From positions 1 to 53,796 of the forward strand of contig ML002264.1 in assembly GCA_003614675.1 (NCBI GenBank): a stretch of DNA of 53,796 bases, given 5' to 3'. The notes beneath the pieces were generated by a model that did not search any database, was not told where the DNA came from, and saw only the letters and a program-made list of their open reading frames with translations. The stretch comes from Dimargaris cristalligena. Lineage: Eukaryota. Shown here in pieces: positions 1-11,833 of this stretch. The position numbers were made by a program, and so were the translations under genes. How positions within the stretch are numbered: the stretch's first letter is position 1; the number at the start of each line of letters is the position of its first letter.

Positions 1-202
1 GGGGGGGGGGGGGGGGGGGGGGGGGGGTTTACCAAGCTATAATTCCTCAAATTCCGTTTGGCACCGACGAGGTCCACTCTTTTGCTCCACGGCTGATATT
101 TGATGCAATGGTCCTTATTGCTAAGATAACTGTAATTTCAGTCATGTCAAGAGGCACACTACCACTTACACAGTCTGGATCGCTGTGGCTGAAATCCATG
201 CA

Positions 203-354
203 CATCATGTGGGTGAACTTCAACCCAACTGTATAAGATTTTACACAATATATGTATGGGATAATATGTGGGAGAATAACTTTTGACCAGTAATATTTAC
301 CTCATCAAATGGATGTTTCGTTATACAGCCTGGATGAACTTCTGCCATGTGATG
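203..354. repeat. Dispersed ~150-bp fold-back element, copy 1 (MITE-like or structured ncRNA)
   Basis: Ungapped manual alignment to 39564-39711 gives ~22 mismatches over a ~138-nt core. The ends are imperfect inverted repeats (CATCATGTGGGTGAACTTCAACCCAACTGTATAA ... TTATACAGCCTGGATGAACTTCTGCCATGTGATG; 25/34 Watson-Crick matches plus G-U pairs). Confidence 0.8.
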
Positions 355-1279
355 GGGCTATTGGTTGGTGTGGTGTGATGGCATAGTGTTTCTCAACTAT
401 GATAAAAAAGCGGAATATCCCACACATGAACTATACGATATATAAAACGATCACCTAGGTCAGCTGGTGTTTCTTCATGACCAGCAACAGCAGTACACAC
501 CATATGAATAGATGAGGATGAGGGAATCCGCCGTCCTTCTCATGTTGGAAATACGGGTTTCATATGTGTCTTTATCGTTCATCACTTTATAGACACGTCA
601 GCGTTCCGAAGGATTACACACCTGTATTGCACATAATACCAGGTCACCCTTGCGACCGGCCTCTTCGGGAATTGTCAGGATGGGTTCTTTGGGAGACTAG
701 GATGTAAAATATTGGCAAACAAAGAGGCAGGCTATATGGATTCTGGCAATATATTATATATGAAGAGTTTAATGAGATGAATAGTAGTAGTAATGTGTGG
801 ATTCGGGAAAAGGTATACTGTAAATACGAATAAAAGATGTGTGAATTACCGCCCCTTTCCGAAGCCCCAGTAAAAAGCAGGCCCTTCGGTGGGCTAACCC
901 CATATCAGAAATATTGAATATCCAGCTTATTATTATCGGCCAGTGGACCAAACCACCTGGTACATTTTTCATTAGATTCGGGTGGAAGCGAACGAATCCG
1001 GAGAGTGCGGATAAAGGGCTCGCAAGAAAAAGTAGCCGGATAAGAGCGAAAAATAAAATATATAACTAAAATGCACCGGGCGCCCCTAGTCCTTATGATA
1101 GTGGGGGAATAGATAGCGAGCACTAACCCCAGGCGCATAACGGAGAGATGAAGGGTGGAAATCAGCAATCAACAGAGTTGGCTATGCCTATTGGAATACA
1201 TGTGGGTTATACTCCCCAAATTCATTCGCCCACTATAAAGATTGACCTAGGCGAAGAAAGGGGTCGCTGTCGATGGGAA

Positions 1280-3002
1280 TTAAACGAAGTTCAGGGCCAG
1301 GTTGCCACTAATGGCACCAACGGTAATGCGGGGGTGAATCTCGTGTTCCTTGTCCCCGTCGCCGTGGTGAGGTGGGTGGTCATGGTCGTCGTGGCTGGGG
1401 TGAGGATGGGGGTGCTTAGGGAGTTCGTAGGGACGCAGGTGTTGGCGGGGGTCAACCAAGTCCTCTCGCTTTTGGTGCACACTGGTCAGTCTAAATACCT
1501 TCTTGAAGGACAGGTGCGACACCAGGTCGGAGAAGCTAACGGAGCCAATGGTGATGGTCTTCACTTCATTCGGACCCAGGTCGTCCTGTTCGGACTTCTC
1601 GCCATCCTCCTTGGGGTGGAGGTGGGTGCCAATCTTCTTGTGGGGCAAGTCGGTGCCGAACTCCACGTCGTTACCGGTCACTTCGGTGTGGCCGGAAACG
1701 GAGGCCAGGGCGAAGGGGCCCTGGTAATTGTCCTGCACATCCAGGCGGACATTACCCGAGACGGACTGGACCTTGACGATGGCGTGCTCTCCGTCGGCTG
1801 GGTTAACGCGGGCGTCCACGTTACCGCTCACGGTCCGCAAGACGGTGGCCTTGTTGCCGTCAAAGGTACCGCTGATGAGGCCCTTGACGGTGTTCAGCAC
1901 CACCACTTGGGCCTGAATCTTGTCCACCGCCAAATCACCGGCCACGTTGGCTACGTGGAAGAAACGGAGAGGCAAGTCGGCCAAGCTCGAGTCGGCCTGC
2001 AGCTTACCGGCCAGGTACGACAGGAAGATACTGTCGTACTTCTTGAGGGACTTGGGGATGGTGATTTTGATACCGGCGCGCACGCACTGGCCCCGGCGCA
2101 CTCCGTGGGGACCGAGCACCATCAGACTGTAGTGCTCGCCGGGGGGATGGTGGTGGTGGGGGCCACCCCTGTGAGGGGGACCGCCCTTGCGCTTACCACC
2201 GAAAATCTTCACGTTACGGAGCAGCTCGGCGTCGCTCACCTTGACCTGGGCATTCACCTTAATACGGGCCTCGGCCTCGGGGGTGGCATCGCTCTCGTCC
2301 ACATGGATCTCCACGTTCGAGTAGGCGGCCCCACGCACGCGGGCGGCAAAATGAGTGTATTCGCTCGCATCGAAGTCAAAGTCGGTCTGGCCCTCGTAGG
2401 GGATGGTGGCCTCGCAGTCCTGCATGTACATGGAGCGATGGGTATCCTCCCAGGAACCATGGACACGCTCACCGTCCAACCCCCCGTGGTGGGCGGGGCC
2501 CATGTTGAAACGGTGACGGAAGCCGTGGCAGAGGGACCGGCGGGCGTAGAAGGCGGTCATGCCGAGAAGCAGCAGGGACGCGAGGCCGACGGCGACGACC
2601 TTCTTGCAGCGGCCTAAAGGGATGAAAAATGGGGTTCAATCGAATATATAGGTAGGGGGTAGCGGTTAGGGAGTGAATAAGTCTGTCGAGTATGCTACTA
2701 GTGGTGGTGAATAGAAAAATGACTGCCGAATACGGTGTCACCCCCCTGGTAGTGTGGGTGGCCAGCCCTGCCCGAAAATACGGCCCGGGGAATAAATAGA
2801 CTAATGGGCGTAGGTACGCCTTGGTCCATATAATAATAGCAGGTTAGTTAGTTCACTTACGCATACGGCGACGGTCTTCCGCAGCGTCGCTGTCGGGCTC
2901 GTCGTCGTGGCCGGGGGGCAGGTACGGCGGCGGGGCCTTGTCGTCAGCCACCGGGGGCACAGCCACGTACTTGTAGTCACCGGACTCGGGCTGGGAAAGC
3001 AT
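1280..3002 (-). CDS. Single-pass membrane protein with DUF4097/putative-adhesin-like beta-repeat C-terminal region (~491 aa, 2 exons)
   Basis: Exon 1 3002-2861 (MLSQPESGDYKY...PPPY...EDRRRM), GTAAGT donor, CCCTTTAG acceptor, exon 2 2613-1280 in frame. TM segment VVAVGLASLLLLGMTAFYA follows RRCKK. Repeated motifs VANVAGDLAV, LNTVKGLISG, LRTVSGNVDA, VQSVSGNVRL, LASVSGHTEV, VGAISGNLAL. Confidence 0.75.
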
Positions 3003-6000
3003 AGCAGGTGGAGTGTGACTGGAATTCCGGGTAAGTTCGGGAAAAGGTGTATTCAACAAAGCAGGACTGGGAAAGAGAGAGGGGAAATGCACCGGGTTAT
3101 GTTGCAGAAAAAGAACAATAGACGGATAAGTAAAAGAAATGGCGAAAGAATGTATACGAGACCTGGCGAATGGAGCAGGTGCAATAGGAAGGTGGAGAAG
3201 GGGGATAATATATTGTTGAGCCAGAAGAAAGGAAAAGGCGGCGCGTTTTCTTGTAGGAGGAAGGCGGGGCTGACTAGGCCTCTCGCAGGGCTTGGATATA
3301 GTAATGTACTATACAGCAGCATATGAGCTAATGTAGAGGGGGGATATAGTCTTCAGCGCCCTGTTGTAAAGAAGGGAAAAGGTGGATTTCTTGGCAAAGA
3401 AAACGGCTGTGATAAACCAGTGACCAACCGCTGCTCATCACCCTTACGTAACCACAGCCAACTGCGGGTGAAACAGGTGGCCTACTCATTATAAATAGGG
3501 GTGATTCCATGTCTAAATATGCCAATGCAATATGGCTATTAATTACTCCCCTCCCTCAGATGAAGTAGAGTTTTATTTAAAGTGAATCGAAGGCAGGCGA
3601 CCTTTTGGTCATAATTTACCATCCATAGGGAACATACTATAAAGGATAGATGGCCCAAAAACTCCCCTCCCTCAATACACCACCACTACCACTAGTCATC
3701 GTCACCCAACAGCGAGGAATCTACCTACCATAACCATTACCCGAGGGATTGCCTAGGTCCAGTAGCTCTAACCAGTGTCAAGAAGACCTTTCCGCTTCCA
3801 TCTTGCGTACACTCTATGTTTTCGAAGAACTTTCCATTTCAATATCACTCCTAATGGTTGTCAACAACCCATGCTTGGCGTGAGAGGGGCGGACGCCGTT
3901 CGTTGGTATTCCACGGCAATCCCCAGGGCTCTAAGTTTAGCCGATGGAAAGTAGCCAGTCAGCTTGAGGGTTAGATCGGGTTTAACTTGATCTAGCCAAC
4001 TTAAATATAGCCCACTCGGCGGTATCAAACAATTAGAAGTGAACATACATGGTAAGAAACCGCCGAATTTATGATCCGGGACAGCCATGGCTGTGAAGCA
4101 ACCAGCAATCTAAAGGAAATACCAATAGTCGGGTTATAAATATCACAAATATAATATCTAACGCCATTGTATAAATCTTCAGTTAAAAAGTACCGAGGAA
4201 ACTCGCTGAGATGGGGACTTTAAACCGGGAGAGTCAGTTTGGCTTGGCAAACACCTTCGGATTTTATAGTCGAAACATAGGGGCCCCGTTATGTTTAAAC
4301 TGTTATCACCGGCAAGTACTACAGTGCCTAGGCCCAAAATATAGCATTATTGCTACTAAGACTTTACAGAGTGCTTGAACTAGGCCTGTTTTCAACTACT
4401 ATTATTCGGCCAACATGGGATACAAGTTAAACGGCCCATTTGAATGTGCTATTCGAAAGTTGAATAGCAAAGGCCATAGTATACTTTGTTTATATACTTG
4501 GTTGCTGGGATAAAGTGATAATAGCGACCTGGACATCTTCAGTGAACTGGGGCTTGGCATGGCATACCTTACATTCATTGGTGGATTTTTAGCACGGCCT
4601 TGCCGATATCTCGAATACAATACCTACTTGAGTATATGAAGACATCAAGAAATATTGATATGGCTGGATTTCCTAGACACATTGTATCACCAGGTTTCCT
4701 ATATTGGGCTCGGATGAAAAAAGTGGTATTGGATATAATGACCACCACACCTTACCATTTAGAAGGTCAGAAAGAACATACCTCTGCCCACTCTCTATAA
4801 TCCTGGGGGTGAGGTGTCTTCACGGTGGCAACTTATGAAAATGGGTAGGTTATCGATATCTTAACAGATTTCCTTGAATTAATCTTGGTAGCCAGCCGCT
4901 TTCCAACAACAACTACTAAAGATGTCCGGTGTAATGTGAGCCTCAAAAATGGCCTCAAGCAGCTGGGTATACCTGGAATACCAGCAAATCCCTATTGAAG
5001 TGCAAGTAAGTGTACACACCCATGTGCTTGACACAAAAGTTGCCCAGATGTGTGGGAACGGACGAGAACATAAACGGATATCGATTAATAAATAGGGTTA
5101 GTCCATACGTATGATTAACTCAATTGCAATGAATTATCGCTGACGATGATGAAGCCTTGGACCACCAGACAAAGCACATGTAAAGAGGGTGTAGGGCTTT
5201 CCAGAGATTCACTGACGCGGGAAAGTAGAAGGGCTGCAGAAAGCCACCCCCGCCCTCCTTGTCACTAAATGGCATATAGATGTCGACACTCCGAGGTAAA
5301 CAACTTCACTCAACATCTAGCATCTAGAGACTACTATTACCCCCCCCCTCCCCCAAATTTAACGGATATATTTGCGCAGCACTTTTGTGTTTTCACATTC
5401 ACATTCAAGGCCAATTCAATACAAACCGAATAAAAATAAACAAAAACGTAGCGACTGGCTTCGAGTGTTGTTTCAACGGAGCAGCTATTCAGCTCGCGCC
5501 TGATCAGCCTGAGTATACATTTTTTTAGTTGGAGGACGCCGTACTGAAGTGGGGCAGGTGTCAGAAGCCGGTTTATTTTGGGTATAGATTTCAGCTGGCG
5601 AATGAGTGAAAAAACGATGACGCCAGTGACCATTGAACAACAGTGGTGTGGGGTTTTTATTTGGCTATTCAGCGGATAAACCACTGGCAATATTCTGAAG
5701 GAGGAGAAGAACCCCCCCCCCCCCACTGGCTTACCGCCATAAAAGGAAAATGATTTTAATCTAATACCGTGACTGGAGTGTCTAAAAAGGGAGGGGGGCG
5801 AAATTAGTATTTTAGAATTGGCGGCGCAGGTCGTCGTCAACAGTGGGACGGGGTGGGTACTGACAGGTTTCTCGCTTCAAATTTTCCCTTCCAACAGGCT
5901 CTTTGACTGTTGGTGAACAGTGGAATGAACCTATTTTCAGCCCCCCCCCCATTAAACACTCGGCTGCAATTCAGATGCTGTGCGCTCGGACAATCCCTAC

Positions 6001-9000
6001 CGCTCTACGTTGGCCTGCGAGGCGGGGTCGCGCCCTCACACTGACAAACCCCGCTCCGTTCCACTCAAATGTATACGCGTCGCCTATTGGAATGGCTTGC
6101 TTGGGCCGTTTGACAGCTTCGGCCAGAGGTCCAGTGAACTCAGAGAGACATTGAGTCGGGTATTCGCCCGTATAATCGCAGATGAAACCAAGTGCCACCG
6201 AGTTGCACAGATAATTCTGACTTGCTAACAGTTTGTCACTTTTTATCAAGCCGGGGCGAAAATCATTTTATAATTAGACGAATTCTGATGGGCGAAATAG
6301 GGTGCGAATAGATAGGGCAGAGACAAACCTTACGAAGGAGAGAGGGGCCGGTTGGCCTGCCTATACCGTCCATTGGGGGAAAGGTGCGCGGTCTTGACAG
6401 GTAGCCAATATCGGACATGGGCTACTAAGCCAGTTGTTCTTCTGGGAACGCAACCTAATTAGTTCAAACAAAGCGAACATCTTGCTGAGAACCCAACCTA
6501 CGGGAGACATGCTGAATACGAAGGAGCGACAGTGTCAATCAACCACCATAGGCATGCGTAGTATAAAACCGCCGCTCGCCAGCACGAGGCCGGGATGGAA
6601 ATCCGAAGGGGCGAGGGTTGCGTCTGGCACTGTGTGTGTGAGGAGGGGCTGGATACACCCCATGTTTGTTACCCATCCGTGTGAGACTGCCGGGGGCTAA
6701 AATAGAACCATGCAGCAGTTCGTAAGAGCATTGGTATTTGGCTTGGACTAAAAGTGCTATGTTTCGGGGTAATTTCGAGCACTAGCCGGGATTGCGCTTC
6801 TTTAGAACTGAAGCGGTCTGTAGGCAATGGGCTTCCTCTATAACCACCAGACAGACCCCTTCAACCTAATAGTGATATCAGTAAATATCAATCCGCTGCC
6901 ACTCACCATTACTGTTTCTACCGTGACCCCTCTCTCCCCTAATCACCCAACTCTAATGTGATGCTTACCTTCGATTGGTGGGTGACGGTCCATCTTAAGG
7001 CCCGTTTGACGAATCAGAACCAGAGAGCTGGCGTCGAAGATTGACGGGTGTTGGAAATGAGCGACTTACCTTCATTCCCGCACCTCCCACTCCCATACAC
7101 CCATATCCCCTGGGGTCCAAAATTGCCCTGCCCAGGCACCTTAAAATCAACACCTACACCCCTGCGACTTGGTACAAGCCAACGGGGGGATTCTCGGTAC
7201 CCAACCATCTTTCTCTAAACCACCCAATGCTCTTCTCACCCAGGGTCAGTTTTGTTGGTGATGTCCCCTCCTCTCTTACCTATTCTAAACTCCCTGACCG
7301 AGGTTCGTTATTTTTACCCCCGCAGTGCGTACGCATTGCCATTTATCCGATAATTTAAGTGGCTGGGATTAGAGGAATGGAGTTGGGATCACCGCTCTAG
7401 AGGAACTTGGCTGAAGAGTCATTGGAACATTTCTCGAGCGCGATCAGCGCAGCTAAACTACATCTCTTTGGCCAGGCCAATTCAGCTGAGAATAAATGTA
7501 TATTCGTGGTAAATAGCTGAGCTATAGGTGAGGCGAGGTAGGGTGGGGCGGGGTTGGGTTGGGCTTCGGCAGAGAAATATGGCATTGCACCATATGCCGG
7601 CGGGGAATGAATAAGAATCAGCCACAGCCGCTTTATAAAAGAATGGGCCTAGGGCGGCACCATGACGCCGTTTCCTTCCAAATCCTGAAATAATAAGCCG
7701 CTGTGTTCTGTTTGCGCGTCATCGCACTTTAGGTCGTATAGCTCTACCCCTGAAAAACCCAACCCGTCCAGTACGCCACATCCCTCGTCAACCCCCTCTT
7801 CTCCATCTCGCCCTCGGCCGCCCCTTAAATCGGCACCTCTGGTATGCTATTGGCCGTACTGAAGCCATTTTACGATTCTAGCACTCCAGCACACTGTGTT
7901 TGGGCCAAGTGGGCTAGTGTGGTGGTCAGTTTACCCAGCCTGTTTGGGGACACCCAAAAGGACTTCAGCTTATTTCTCCGCTGGCTGAACCAACCCCATT
8001 CGTTAATTCACAGTGGGGCTATCCCCACCTCACTGTATATTCACCATGTATCAGCGCCCCCCGCGTGTTATAATCCCTCTCTCTGTGTCTTACTAACCCC
8101 CCTCTTCACTAATCCTCCCCCCTTCCCCGCTCTACACTGTTGATATGTCTCCCTCATCTTCATTCACAGCACATTTATTATCATTGCCGCTTCGGGGCAC
8201 TTAATTTGGCCTTTCACGGACGTTAATCTTTCTGCTCATTCAGTGGCTGCAACCCATCCCTCTTGACTGATCCTCCCTCTCCTTCCGCACCAGACCCACC
8301 ACCATCATTTTTATTCAAGAGTGGGTGTACCATCTCCCCTTCCTACTTGGTACCGTATCTGCCCGGTTTGACGTACTTCGAACGAAGCTCCTAAAAAAAT
8401 CCGCTGTCTTGGGTGCTTTGCCGTTAGACGCTGGTAGCCCGTCCCACCGGAACTATCGGCATTCTAAACGCTACTGGCTCTGTGCCTTTGTCGCGTATCC
8501 CTATACTAGAACCCCTGCCTAATCCATAGCGAAAAAGGATCGCTCGGGTGGTTCATAACCAAACTATAGTGCCTTCCTATCCTCGTTCAGCGTGGGTGTA
8601 TTCGCGTGTCCATCCTATTACTTTTTTATTACCGAAATCCCTTCTTCATTACTATTTCCCTCTTTCTCGCTGTGTGTGTGTTTCGCTTGGGTCCTTTTAC
8701 TCGCCGGCCAACAGTCCTTACTTATTTTTGGCAGTCTATTTCGGAAGCACTTGGGCAGCCCCTGCCGCACCGTATCATTGTCCAGCTGGTCTTCACATCC
8801 CGCCCCTCCACCACAAACAAAAGCCCATACAGTCATCCGACAGCCAGTGGGCTAGAATAGCTGGCTGCTCTTACTGGAGCCCCCCTCCATCTACCCACCC
8901 ACCCATCGCCATCCCCATATAAGACTATTGACATCCCCCACTCGCCTGCGCTTCCTGACTCGCCCGGCCCGGCTATCCACATCCCGAATTCTCCCTCGCT

Positions 9001-9892
9001 TGTTGTTTTTCTAGTGGCTGCCCGCATCCTTTACTTCAGAGTCCGCTTGACTTCTTTTTGCACTGCGGAGCCCCCTTTAGTGCCATTCATTACTTCTCAC
9101 TCTGTTCTCCTTCCTTGTTCGACTTGATTCCGCCGCTTCCGAACGTCACTACACCCCTCCCTAAAATATATACCGCCTGACCGACCTGGCCGTTCGTGCC
9201 ACCTAATATTTATTATAGCTACTTTGATTGTTATTTAACCAGGCTTCCGCATGTTTCTGAGTTCTCAGTGATACCTTCGTTGTCTGTAATTTTTTGATTT
9301 TGGATGTCCGTGGTTATGCGTACTTGTATTCTACCCGCATACTATTGTCCGACTCTTTTTCTTTATTCCGCACCTAATCGATTCGGTTACATCTAATTTT
9401 AACCTTAGTCCGTTCTACGTCCTTTTATACAGACCCATTTAATACCCAGTCCGGTTATTACCCAATTATTATTATCATTATCATTATTCTACTCCTGCTT
9501 AAGTTGCACTGCCGGAAGGTCCACGTCAAACCTACAGCTACCCCCGTCTGCAAGTAACATCCCCATTTTCGTGACCCGCTGCTCTCTTAACCCGCCTCTC
9601 AATTTCCCCTTACGGCTGTTCAACCACTCTTCCCCTTTTTTTACCTGACAAAGGGTCAGCCACCTCTTGGTTATATATCATTTTAACGGCTGGACTCGTA
9701 GCCGCGACTGACCTCAGCAGGTGTTGTTTATCGCCTATTCCAGTTTATCCTAGCGGTTGTTTGATTAAGCCTTCCGTCCACTGGTTGGGTTTTATATAAC
9801 CACCCGGTCTTCCGCTCAACGATACCCGTTTGACGGTTTACTCCTTAAAGTACTTCTCCCCTTCTTACTCTAAATATTTTGTTTAGCCGTTC

Positions 9893-11833
9893 ATGGACTC
9901 CGAGCGTCCCCTGACTCCGCGGCCCCGTACCCTGGCCAAGAGTTCCTCCCTCAGCAGCATCAACGGCAGTAATTTTTCTTGGCGCGGCCTGCTTCGTCTA
10001 AAGAACCGTAGGCAAGACGACTCGGAACCCTCGACGCCGCCTAGCCTCGAGTCCGTGCCCGAGAGCCCCATGGACAACTCCTCCTTCGGGGACATGAAGC
10101 ACGCCATCAACCGGCGCACTACCTTTACGAAGCGAGTCCGAAGAGTCTTTTCGTCCTCCGCTATCGCCAAACCCGCACCGATGGATGACCCGCAGCCCTA
10201 TCCGGTTCTCGAGTTCAGTACCAAACCCATCACCCGTATTCACAGCACCCCCGACCAGCGGGTCCTCGCAGCCTATGCGCAGTCACCCTCACCTACAGTG
10301 GCCACCGCGCGTTCACCCACTCCGTCGGCCATCTTCAGCAGTGAGGGCCAGCATATTCAGGCCCAACTTGATCTGTCGCAGGCCGCGCCAGTGTCACCAC
10401 CGGCCAGCAGCGTACCCTCCGTCTCATCACTGTCTCCCCTACCTCCGCTCATCAGTCCCACTCTCCCCTCACCGGTGAACAACCACCCTCCCCATACTCT
10501 GGCCAAGGCTGGTGCTGGGCTGGGCTTGAACGAAAGTAGTGGCGGTGGAGGACTCCGTACCCCCCCTGTCATTCACCAACCCGGCCCCCGCCGTATGTTC
10601 CGTAAACCCCTACTCAATTTCCAAAAGGATTCATTCGGCCTGCCCCCTGAAATGACCAACATGTCCCTTCCCACCCCTCCCCCGCGGTCGTACGCCAAAG
10701 AATCCCGTTTCGAACTGAATATCGACCCCTCGTTCCTCATGCACTCCGGCGCCGGTAGTCCCGTTCGGGCCTTTGATCACCATTACCACTCGTCCCGCCC
10801 CTCGAGCACCGCGTCGGCGGATAGTGGATTGGAGGGTCCGACTGGTCGGTTGGCCCGCGCGTTACCCAGCCCCGTATCCTCCCCGATTCCCCTCCCGGCG
10901 TCGGCCCAACCTCGTTTGTCGGCGAATCAGAAATCCACTCTCTCGCCGCCCGCCGCCATGCGCGATTTTCTGTCCACGCCACCCAGCTCCCCCGCCGACC
11001 AGGCCGTGGTGCACCGCGGTCACCCTTCCACTTCCTATGCAGGTGAGCACCAGTCGTCCCCGCTTATTCGGCACTCGACCCTTCCCGAAGATCTGCACCC
11101 CACTCACCCTCGGTCACCTCTGGGCAACTCAACCACCGGTTCGTCTCTTGGCCCTAAACAGGCTCATAACCCCACGTCCCCCATGCCTGAAACAGACCTG
11201 ACCCCACCTCCCAGTCCCCCGCACGCCCCCACTGCCGTTTCGCCCAATGACAGCGGACCGATTGGCTTCACTAACCCCGCCCGGTTTAGCTTTACTTCAT
11301 CGGATAATGCCGACCTGTCGCTGGATTCGGACCAGTCAACCATGGCCTTGGCAACCCCGGTCTTTCCCGAGGACACCATTGAGATGCTCGACCCGCCCGT
11401 GACTTCGACCACTACCATTGGGGACGGAATCTACATTAACCCCCTGTTGACCATTAACGGAAGCCCGTCGTCATCCTCCAGTTCTCTCTCGTCCACTAGT
11501 CACTCTTCTACGGTGGCTCCTGGACCGCTTCTGCCCCCCTCTATCCTTAAATCATGCTCGGCCTACGACCCCATCTCGGAGTCCTCTTCCCTATCTTCTG
11601 GATCTTTTGCTTCGGCTTCCTCCCATCCGCAGCGTAAGCGCAGCCTCAAGTTTGCCGAGACGGTCCTCATTTACGAGACCTTCGACCCTACCCTCTACGA
11701 CCGGCGTGGGGAGGCCATGATGCGACTGACCCCCGAAATCGCGTTTCAAATCAAGAGTGAGCTTAACCACTTCAAGATGTACGAGCTGGAGGTCCATGAG
11801 GACTCGAAACAGTACACCCATTTCATTCCCTAA
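9893..11833 (+). CDS. Ser/Pro-rich disordered protein with C-terminal Bni4/Phactr-type PP1-binding module (646 aa)
   Basis: Intact 646-aa ORF. The C-terminus KRSLKFAETVLIYETFDPTLYDRRGE...RLTPEIAFQIKSELNHFKMYELEVHEDSKQYTHF resembles the RVxF + YDRR + ELNxFK..EMEVH..S...T.F tail of fungal Bni4 and animal Phactr proteins. Confidence 0.8.
   Translation: MDSERPLTPRPRTLAKSSSLSSINGSNFSWRGLLRLKNRRQDDSEPSTPPSLESVPESPMDNSSFGDMKHAINRRTTFTKRVRRVFSSSAIAKPAPMDDPQPYPVLEFSTKPITRIHSTPDQRVLAAYAQSPSPTVATARSPTPSAIFSSEGQHIQAQLDLSQAAPVSPPASSVPSVSSLSPLPPLISPTLPSPVNNHPPHTLAKAGAGLGLNESSGGGGLRTPPVIHQPGPRRMFRKPLLNFQKDSFGLPPEMTNMSLPTPPPRSYAKESRFELNIDPSFLMHSGAGSPVRAFDHHYHSSRPSSTASADSGLEGPTGRLARALPSPVSSPIPLPASAQPRLSANQKSTLSPPAAMRDFLSTPPSSPADQAVVHRGHPSTSYAGEHQSSPLIRHSTLPEDLHPTHPRSPLGNSTTGSSLGPKQAHNPTSPMPETDLTPPPSPPHAPTAVSPNDSGPIGFTNPARFSFTSSDNADLSLDSDQSTMALATPVFPEDTIEMLDPPVTSTTTIGDGIYINPLLTINGSPSSSSSSLSSTSHSSTVAPGPLLPPSILKSCSAYDPISESSSLSSGSFASASSHPQRKRSLKFAETVLIYETFDPTLYDRRGEAMMRLTPEIAFQIKSELNHFKMYELEVHEDSKQYTHFIP

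Noticed and set aside
1-27. Run of 27 G at the window start
   Set aside because: A simple homopolymer at the edge. Shorter G/C runs are common throughout the window, so it is probably low-complexity or assembly-related, with no evidence of function.
1148-2617. 489-aa + strand ORF
   Set aside because: Antisense shadow of the DUF4097-like gene caused by GC-biased codon usage. It is V/G-rich with no recognisable motif.
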